This document shows, in pieces, positions 8,182 through 15,474 of a stretch of 30,702 nucleotides of DNA. The stretch is from positions 1-30,702 of IMG/VR virus record IMGVR_UViG_3300022468_000539. The stretch is one strand, 5' to 3'. A program made the position numbers and the translations under genes. Numbering within the stretch: position 1 is the stretch's first letter; every line of letters starts with the position of its first letter. The notes under the pieces were generated by a model that worked only from the letters and a program-made list of their open reading frames with translations, was not told the origin of the DNA and searched no databases. The DNA comes from a virus. Lineage: Duplodnaviria; Heunggongvirae; Uroviricota; Caudoviricetes.

Positions 8182-10469
8182 CAAGTTACTATATCGATGC
8201 TATCAACGGAAATAACTCAAATGATGGGTTAACTACAGCAACACCCAAAAAAGGTATTGGTCGCAGTATTGGAGATGACTACTATGAATATAGAAATGGT
8301 GGGTGGGAACTTACACCCACCATTTCGCGAGAAACAAATATGTTGACAGTTTCGGAGAAAAAGAACTCACCATATACTGTAATCTCATTATATTATTCTG
8401 AGTGGCAAACACCAGGCCAGAGCTATAACAAAACACCTTGGAATTGGTTTACTCGGGATGATCTTGATGAAAGATACCCTCTGTTTGCTAAGACAAAAGA
8501 CTATAAACCATTTTTGTATGACTTTTCTAATGAAAGAATCAGAAATTATGCCACAACAAGTAGTTCTACACTAACATCAACTGGTAGAACATTGATTCAA
8601 ACTGCAACTGGTGCAGACCCTATTTTCTATCCAAATTTTCCTGTTTTTGACGGATCACAATTTAGATATGTTCGTATATCTTTGCGACGTATTGCTGGTT
8701 CAGCTTGGGATGGTGCAGTTTATTACACTACATCTGGACATAGTTGGTCTGCATCATACATGAAAACCAATTCGCAGCCAGTGTGGAATGCTAATGGTAT
8801 GACCACATTTACTGCCGATATGCATTCTCTTACTGCAGGTGGTACAGATTGGGCAACAAACAAAATTACTGGATTGCGATTAGACTTTGGTGCAAGTGTA
8901 TCAGATGTTTTTGAAATTGCATCTGTTGAACTACTCACACCAACCGGTCAATCATATGTAGTTGAAATGACCGAACATGATCCTAATCAAGCTGGTTCTT
9001 TTGCACGTGAACAAAAAGTCGCATATAGCTATGGTATTGATGTATTTTCTTCTTGCTACTATTGGGATGGCACAAAAAACTTCGCTGATTCATCGTTCAA
9101 AATGTTTGCAAACCACCCAGAGCGAAATCGACCAAAATTCTGTATTATGTGGGCAATCACATCATCCGCAAATCCTATTTCTGGGCCATTTGGTACTGTG
9201 AACAATGTACCAAATTTGACTGGATGGTATTCTTTGTTGGATGATTGGTATGAAATTTGGAAATCAGACAAATACTGGTTCAAAGGTGGTAAGCCTGTTG
9301 TTATGGCCTTTACTGCTGGTAACATTAGAGTCTCTGCCGCATGTAACTATGGATTTTTGACATCTAAAGTTGTGTCAACACATACCGCAGGAACAAATAT
9401 TGTTTCCTTACCTGATGTGACTGGTGTTACTGTGAACAACCGGGTTACAGGTACTGGTATTAACACTGTTGGTGATGATATCTTTATCACTGCTATCAAT
9501 GGTAATAACATAACGCTATCCAAGTCGATTTCTACCAGTCTCACAGGGGTAACTATCTCCATCAGAAATGCAGCTACTGTGTCGGCAACCACACAGCTTT
9601 TAGCTGCTTTGGATGCATATGTAATTGCAAAACCAAATAGTATTGCTCCAAATGGTATTCACTGGACAGCTATGAATGATAACACAGATCATCCAGATTA
9701 TTTTGGTAAGGTTTCTGGAAACACTGAGGCATATCTGAAGACAATTGGTTTTAGTTCCACTGGAACATATAACTTCTTTGATGGTTATGTAGGCCAAATA
9801 CAATTCGGAACTGGTGGTCGGTCATCTGGTACAACTGCTGGATATAACTTCAAAGCCAATTATATTGCTGCCGGTAAAGACCCAAATACATATGCATATC
9901 AAATGGATTTGTATGATAGCACACTCACTTATGCAGCAAACTCAGGAACTACAATTCCTTATTTTGCATCTGTTATGGCGGGTTGGGAAAAGACACCTTG
10001 GACATTCTATGCATCAATTGTTTACATATCAAATGTAACTTGGTTGAATGGTGTGGCAACAGTGTCAACATCAACCTCACATGGTTTTGTTACCGGTGAC
10101 AAAGTAAGTCTAAAAGACATTTTGACAAATGGCTATACAGTTGACAACGGTTACAATAAAAAGCGTGTTTCTGTTACTGTATTAAATACTACACAGTTCA
10201 CCTTCACATGCGAAAATTTTGGTGATTATGTTAGTGGTGGTGTATGTGTCAAAGACCCAGATTCTTCACACAGAGCAGCAACCATTAAAGAATTCAGGGA
10301 ACACTTGGTTCGCACCAAAACAATCATGGATGCAGCACCAGCAACAGGTACAGACAAGACCATCATGATCTATGCTTGGAATGAATTTGGTGAAGGTGGA
10401 TTTATATGTCCAACTCGTAAGTACGGATATAAGATGCTTGAAGCTATCAAGACAACATTTAATAAATAA
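8178..10469 (+). CDS. GH99-like / WbsX-family glycoside hydrolase with inserted CBM-like and beta modules
   Basis: AYSYGIDVF..CYYW, KFCIMWA, YWFKGGKPV, GWEKTPW, IMIYAWNEFGEGGFICPT (E-x-x-E pair at 10383 and 10392). N-terminal YYIDAINGNNSNDG is a motif seen in virion proteins. Confidence 0.75.
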   Translation: MTSYYIDAINGNNSNDGLTTATPKKGIGRSIGDDYYEYRNGGWELTPTISRETNMLTVSEKKNSPYTVISLYYSEWQTPGQSYNKTPWNWFTRDDLDERYPLFAKTKDYKPFLYDFSNERIRNYATTSSSTLTSTGRTLIQTATGADPIFYPNFPVFDGSQFRYVRISLRRIAGSAWDGAVYYTTSGHSWSASYMKTNSQPVWNANGMTTFTADMHSLTAGGTDWATNKITGLRLDFGASVSDVFEIASVELLTPTGQSYVVEMTEHDPNQAGSFAREQKVAYSYGIDVFSSCYYWDGTKNFADSSFKMFANHPERNRPKFCIMWAITSSANPISGPFGTVNNVPNLTGWYSLLDDWYEIWKSDKYWFKGGKPVVMAFTAGNIRVSAACNYGFLTSKVVSTHTAGTNIVSLPDVTGVTVNNRVTGTGINTVGDDIFITAINGNNITLSKSISTSLTGVTISIRNAATVSATTQLLAALDAYVIAKPNSIAPNGIHWTAMNDNTDHPDYFGKVSGNTEAYLKTIGFSSTGTYNFFDGYVGQIQFGTGGRSSGTTAGYNFKANYIAAGKDPNTYAYQMDLYDSTLTYAANSGTTIPYFASVMAGWEKTPWTFYASIVYISNVTWLNGVATVSTSTSHGFVTGDKVSLKDILTNGYTVDNGYNKKRVSVTVLNTTQFTFTCENFGDYVSGGVCVKDPDSSHRAATIKEFREHLVRTKTIMDAAPATGTDKTIMIYAWNEFGEGGFICPTRKYGYKMLEAIKTTFNK

Positions 10470-10487
10470 CAGGGAACAAATAAAATG
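10462..10487 (+). promoter_or_regulatory. Late promoter-like ATAAATA plus 18-nt leader shared with 5258-5275
   Basis: ATAAATA at 10462-10468. cagggaacaaataaaatg occurs at 10470-10487 and identically at 5258-5275. Confidence 0.6.
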
Positions 10488-11852
10488 CCAATCGAAGACA
10501 CATCAAACTCGTATGAATATAAACTAAAACAAGCTGGCCTAGCAGAGCCGCTATCTACATACTTGGCTGACCCGTATGATGAAGATCGATTGGCTGCAGG
10601 GTTTCCTGCATTTAACTTTGATTCTAATGGTGGTGTTTCTGGTTTAAGATCGGTAGATGATACTTCCATTAGATTCAATTCAATTTTTGGTAGTGGTTGG
10701 AATAGAGTTTTTAGTGGCCCACCCGCTGCAGCAACTGCGTATTCTTTCTGCAATCAAATCCCATCACGACCAAAATTTGTTGGTGTCCAACTCGGGTTTT
10801 TAAATTTGGGGGCTACACCATATACCGTATCTGGATGTAAAGTTGCTGCCACCCCTACCGATGGTAATACTGGTCAGACATTAACATGGTCTGATGCTAC
10901 ATTTGATAGCGGAGTTTCGTCAAGCACTACACCTAAAGTAATTTCTGCAGGTTCTGGTGCTACAGTTAATGCAATTCCCGGTGGTTTGACTGCAACTGAT
11001 GTAATTGCAGTCAATTCAGTGGAACGTACTGATATTGTTGGAAATCCATATTTGCTTCAAGTGAGAACATACATCAGTACGTCATCAAACTTGCATGCAT
11101 CACAAGCAGGTGGTATCTCTGCATTTAGAACTGCAACTGGTCTTGAGTATGGCTCCACAATTTTAGCAGGTGATCAAGTCACTAACCCAACTACAAACGC
11201 TATGACTCCAACTGGCGCTGGAACGTGGATTTGCCCAAGTGTAGTTAAATTCTACTATGAGGCACCAACAATTAATGTTGCAGGAATTGGCGATTCTCTT
11301 ATGCGGGGCCAAGGTTCAAATTCTGGACACACAAGTGCTGAAGAAATTGCATGTCGCCAACTTTCAAGTGCATCAAAAATGTATGCATATTCAAATTTTG
11401 GTGTTTCTGGTCAAGGTCTAGCAGCAAGTTTTGCAACAGCACAAGCAGTTTTGAATTCTGATGTATTCCGACCACAAGTTTTAGTTTGGAAAGCATTCTC
11501 ACCAAACGATGCATATACTCAATCAAATTTTGATGCGGCATATCTATACCTATTGAGATTGATGGATTTATGCAATCAGAAGGGTGTTAAGTTAATTGTT
11601 CGGAATGCACAGCGTTGGAATCAGTCAGTAGGTGTAACAGCTTCTATTGAAGTATTCAATGCACGAGTTGCTAAATTAGCTGGTCTGAATATCAATGATG
11701 ATTATGGTATTCTTTCTGCTGGTTCTTCCGATCCAACAAAAAATCTTTTGGCATATAGCGTGAGTGGTGCAGATGCTCACTTGTCTGATGCAGGGTATAC
11801 TGCACTATCCCAAAGTATTAGAACATTGATTCAGTCTGTATATCCTGTATAA
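10485..11852 (+). CDS. SGNH/GDSL esterase, probably virion-associated
   Basis: All four blocks are present: GDSL (11289-11300), NFGVSG, FSPND and D-A-H. The N-terminal half is beta-rich and non-catalytic. Confidence 0.85.
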   Translation: MPIEDTSNSYEYKLKQAGLAEPLSTYLADPYDEDRLAAGFPAFNFDSNGGVSGLRSVDDTSIRFNSIFGSGWNRVFSGPPAAATAYSFCNQIPSRPKFVGVQLGFLNLGATPYTVSGCKVAATPTDGNTGQTLTWSDATFDSGVSSSTTPKVISAGSGATVNAIPGGLTATDVIAVNSVERTDIVGNPYLLQVRTYISTSSNLHASQAGGISAFRTATGLEYGSTILAGDQVTNPTTNAMTPTGAGTWICPSVVKFYYEAPTINVAGIGDSLMRGQGSNSGHTSAEEIACRQLSSASKMYAYSNFGVSGQGLAASFATAQAVLNSDVFRPQVLVWKAFSPNDAYTQSNFDAAYLYLLRLMDLCNQKGVKLIVRNAQRWNQSVGVTASIEVFNARVAKLAGLNINDDYGILSAGSSDPTKNLLAYSVSGADAHLSDAGYTALSQSIRTLIQSVYPV

Positions 11853-11855
11853 ATA

Positions 11856-12400
11856 ACCCATGACGCAACCCGCAGCATGATAAATCAAAAGAATTAAAGA
11901 ATAAGGAAAAGAGTACAGGCGTAGCCTTGCCGTAGGCACTTTCTAAGTGTTTCTACTACAATGGTTATTACGTCTTGCTAACTTCTACCTATTCTTTAAT
12001 TCCTGTTTATGTTATGCTGCTTCGAAGAGAGGGTTAGTCTCTAGCTCTTATGATGTTCCGTATCTCTTGGTGAGCCGTACTGGTCATTCAATCTTATCCA
12101 ATTATCGACCGAGTTTTTATCGTTAGATTGCTCTAACGCTCAGACTCCATATGTGGTAGTGCGCTCCACACAACTGAGTTAAAATCATGCCTTTCGGTGG
12201 GTCGTGTCTTGTATGCCCAGATGAGACATACTTCCTGCGGGTTGCTAGTGAACAGGTGGTTGCTTGCTTACCTTCGTTATAATGGATCGCTAATCCATGT
12301 TCTTTTACGTCTAACTGAAACAGCAAGTAAAGACGACGACTTTTTTGGTACGCTCCCATCGTGAGGATAAATAGCAGATTGAGTACCACGAAACCCGCTA
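11856..12400 (-). ncRNA. Candidate large structured non-coding RNA (~550 nt), family unassigned
   Basis: No credible ORF. Multiple hairpins, including a 7-bp stem with GCAA tetraloop (12121-12138) and a stem needing G-U pairs on the minus strand (12211-12231); long imperfect inverted repeat 11872-11906/11988-12020; 11-bp long-range pair 11865-11875/12235-12245; leftward TTGACA at 12434-12429. Confidence 0.5.
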
Positions 12401-12406
12401 AGTTGT

Positions 12407-12434
12407 ATTATTTACTGCAACTATTTTTTGTCAA
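12407..12434 (-). promoter_or_regulatory. Leftward promoter candidate (TTGACA-16-AATAAT, overlapping TAAATA)
   Basis: Perfect -35 at 12434-12429, imperfect -10 at 12412-12407; points into the structured non-coding region. Confidence 0.45.
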
Positions 12435-12440
12435 GAAGTC

Positions 12441-12469
12441 TTGCGTTTGTCTGTAAGATGCTATACAAT
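12441..12469 (+). promoter_or_regulatory. Sigma70-type promoter for uvsY (TTGCGT-17-TACAAT)
   Basis: 17-nt spacing; ends 23 nt before the uvsY ATG. Confidence 0.6.
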
Positions 12470-12492
12470 GGTCTATTTATCATGAAATTCCT

Positions 12493-12933
12493 ATGCTGAA
12501 CCACGAACAACTGATGGCTGAATGGGCCAAAGACTCTACTATCGATGAAACCAATCTGATGAACGAAATGTATCGTCATCCGATGAAACATAGCAAGTAT
12601 CTCACGCATCTACAAACTTACAAGGTGAAGCTGCGCCAGATGACCGCTAAATATATGAGTCTGCGCAGTGACAAGGTTCGGTACTACAACGGTGAAATGC
12701 CGAAGTCGGAATTGGCAGAACGGGGATGGCAGCAATATTTGTTTGCTAAACCGTTGAAGGCTCAGATGGAAGCGTTGCTTGAAGGTGACGCTGATCTGCA
12801 AAAGCTGCAGGAACAAACTTTGTATATTGAGACATTGGCACAGTCATGTGAGTCTATTTTGAAAGACCTTGGGAATCGGTACTACCTATTCAAGAGCATG
12901 GTCGAATACCAGAAATTTTTAAGTGGTGCATAA
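12493..12933 (+). CDS. uvsY: Recombination mediator protein UvsY
   Basis: EWAKDSTIDETNL, P-x-x-HSKYL, YYNG and LEGD-x-D match UvsY; directly upstream of uvsW. Confidence 0.88.
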   Translation: MLNHEQLMAEWAKDSTIDETNLMNEMYRHPMKHSKYLTHLQTYKVKLRQMTAKYMSLRSDKVRYYNGEMPKSELAERGWQQYLFAKPLKAQMEALLEGDADLQKLQEQTLYIETLAQSCESILKDLGNRYYLFKSMVEYQKFLSGA

Positions 12934-12935
12934 TT

Positions 12936-14465
12936 ATGAGTGTTTTGGAGTATGGTGAAAACGAGATAGTTGTATTCAAGCAAGATGAAAGCATGTTGAA
13001 GATTTTGTGCTTTCAATCTATTGCTATGGAAATCAATGAAGCATACAGCTTTCTTATGGATGGCTATAAGTATTCGCCACTCTACAAACAGGGTCGGTGG
13101 GATGGATACATTCGTATTTTCAGCCTTGGGAAACGTACTCTACCTTCTGGTCTTTACTCCAATCTTCAAGCCATGTGCGAAGATAGAGGCTGGACACTTC
13201 GCACTGTTTTAAATCCACATAATGAATCTTACGGTCTTCCAAATCAGAAACTGGAATTATCCAAAGAAGAATGTCAGGAGTATGTTGAAAGCCTGAACAT
13301 TCATGCAGGTGGAAATAAGCTGATTGTAGACGATTTTCAGCATCATGGTATCTATCAGGCACTGATGAATCGTCAGTGCATCCTACACGCTGCTACGAGT
13401 GCTGGTAAGTCATTGATGGTCTATTCGATTGCGCGATACATCACTGAAGAACTTGATGGTCGAGTGCTTGTACTGGTACCTACTGTTGGTTTGACTACGC
13501 AGTTTAAATCTGACTTTAAAGACTACTCCAGCGAGAACAAATGGGATACCGAATCCAACGTACATTTGATCAGCGCAGGTGTCGATAAGAAGACCAAGAA
13601 ACGCATCACGATATCTACCTACCAATCACTGTCTAAAGAACCTGCAGAATACTTCAATTCATTCACGTGTATTCTGACCGATGAAGGCCATAAGATTACT
13701 GCAGACACGTTCAAAAACATCTATGGTAAGGCAACCGAAGTACCTTATCGTTTGGCCTGTACAGGTACGTTACAGGAACTGAAATGTAATCTGTTGCAGA
13801 TGATTGGTCTGACAGGGCCAGTGATCCATGTGATCAGTGCTGCTGAGTTGATAGAACGTGGTCGTGCTGTGCCACTAAAGATTCGTGGTATTCAGTTGAA
13901 CTACAGTGAAGATTGGTGTGCTGCTATGAAAAAAGCAGACTATGACCAAGAAATCACGTGGTTAACAATGAACCCACGGCGCAATACCTTTGCAGCAAAA
14001 TTAGCATCGAAGTTGAAAGGTACGACTTTGGTGATGTTCAATTACTCTGACCATGGAAAAATACTGTATGACAAAATTAAAGAATATGTTGGTGACACTC
14101 GCCCTGTCTATCTCATTGATGGTAACGTCAAGAAAGACCGTCGCGAAGAAATACGACTTCTGGCAGGGCTAGAAGACTGTATCATCGTCGCATCGCTTAA
14201 AACGATGGCTGCTGGTGTCAACATGCCAGCGATTGAAAACATCGTCTATACACACCCCACCAAGGGCAAAATCCAGTACCTACAAACGCTTGGTCGTGGC
14301 ATTCGACTCAAGAAAGGTAAGACTCATTGCAATCTTTACGATCTAGGTGATAATCTAACCTATAAACGGAAACCAAACAACACGTTTAAACATTTTGGTA
14401 TTCGTATGGAAACTCTTTCTCAGGAGGGTCATGAGTTTGAGATTGTGATGGTAGATTTTAAATAA
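12936..14465 (+). CDS. uvsW: SF2 DNA helicase UvsW
   Basis: YSPLYKQGRWDGYIR, ATSAGKSL (Walker A), TYQSL, DEGH, TGT, GVNMP and QTLGRGIR. Confidence 0.95.
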   Translation: MSVLEYGENEIVVFKQDESMLKILCFQSIAMEINEAYSFLMDGYKYSPLYKQGRWDGYIRIFSLGKRTLPSGLYSNLQAMCEDRGWTLRTVLNPHNESYGLPNQKLELSKEECQEYVESLNIHAGGNKLIVDDFQHHGIYQALMNRQCILHAATSAGKSLMVYSIARYITEELDGRVLVLVPTVGLTTQFKSDFKDYSSENKWDTESNVHLISAGVDKKTKKRITISTYQSLSKEPAEYFNSFTCILTDEGHKITADTFKNIYGKATEVPYRLACTGTLQELKCNLLQMIGLTGPVIHVISAAELIERGRAVPLKIRGIQLNYSEDWCAAMKKADYDQEITWLTMNPRRNTFAAKLASKLKGTTLVMFNYSDHGKILYDKIKEYVGDTRPVYLIDGNVKKDRREEIRLLAGLEDCIIVASLKTMAAGVNMPAIENIVYTHPTKGKIQYLQTLGRGIRLKKGKTHCNLYDLGDNLTYKRKPNNTFKHFGIRMETLSQEGHEFEIVMVDFK

Positions 14466-14472
14466 GGTATAA

Positions 14473-15474
14473 ATGCTTTTCATTGACATAAAATTTGCCA
14501 AGATGGTTGGGCAAAGAGTGGAGAGAGGTAGGATCAAAAACGATAACCCTTTTCACTTTCAAGGCAGGTGTGGAGTCTGCGGAGACTCCAAAGAATCCAA
14601 AAGTAAGATGCGGTTCCATATGCGAACACTTGATGATACCGTCATGTGTTCGTGTTTCAATTGTGGCCTAGCATTACCGATTGGTGCATACATGAAGTTG
14701 TATGAACCGGATTTGTTTGCGGATTACAAGTTTGAAAAATATCGGATCAATGGTGATGGTGGCGCAGTCATTACAACCAAAGAGGAACCCGTTAAACCGC
14801 CACCAGAATCGATTTGTACGCTTGACCTTGAACTGGTATCAGAAATGCCAGAAGACAGCATGGTGGCCCAATACGTGGCCTCACGACAGCTTCCTAAGTA
14901 CCCCTTTTACTATGCAGAGAAATTCAGCGAGTTCTCTGCGCAATTCAATCCAGAAATGGCAAAGGCTCCAGAGGGGCCTAGACTTGTTATTCCATTTTTT
15001 GACAAGCGGGGTAACATATACGCATATCAAGGTCGTGATCTAACAGGTGAGTCAAGTCATAAATATCTCACCGTGAACATCGATAAGAAGATGCCAACAA
15101 TTTTTGGTATCAATAGGGTCACGCGAAAGAAAAATATTCTGTTGGTCGAAGGGCCTTTGGATTCGTTATTTTTACCGAACTGTCTTGCTTCGGTTAATGC
15201 GGGTCTTCTATCAACAGCAAAAAAACTCGGTGTTGACAAGAACAACATAACTTTGATATTTGATTGTGAACCAAGAAACAAGGATATTGTTTCTATGTAT
15301 AAAAAGGCACTTGAAGAGGGCTACAAGGTTGTTATATGGCCCAACACAACTGCCAAAAAGGTTGATATTAATGACTTGGTTAGAGCAGGTAAAGACCCTG
15401 TGAAAATAATCAATGACAACACATATCAGGGGCTTATGGGAATGATGAAATTTAACGAATGGAAGAGAGTATAG
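14473..15474 (+). CDS. gp61: DNA primase (T4 gp61-like)
   Basis: CGVCGDS...CFNC zinc-binding domain, RLVIPF, QGR, VEGPLDS (TOPRIM), DCEPRN and KVDINDL. Confidence 0.93.
   Translation: MLFIDIKFAKMVGQRVERGRIKNDNPFHFQGRCGVCGDSKESKSKMRFHMRTLDDTVMCSCFNCGLALPIGAYMKLYEPDLFADYKFEKYRINGDGGAVITTKEEPVKPPPESICTLDLELVSEMPEDSMVAQYVASRQLPKYPFYYAEKFSEFSAQFNPEMAKAPEGPRLVIPFFDKRGNIYAYQGRDLTGESSHKYLTVNIDKKMPTIFGINRVTRKKNILLVEGPLDSLFLPNCLASVNAGLLSTAKKLGVDKNNITLIFDCEPRNKDIVSMYKKALEEGYKVVIWPNTTAKKVDINDLVRAGKDPVKIINDNTYQGLMGMMKFNEWKRV

Noticed and set aside
12123-12389. 88-aa minus-strand ORF in the structured region
   Set aside because: No ATG or clear RBS, atypical composition, and better explained by RNA structure; a small peptide cannot be fully excluded.
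11856-12400. Group I intron, tmRNA, RNase P or tRNA interpretation of the structured region
   Set aside because: No P7/R-S elements, no interrupted gene, no tRNA-like ends or T-loop, and no GAGGAAAGUCC.
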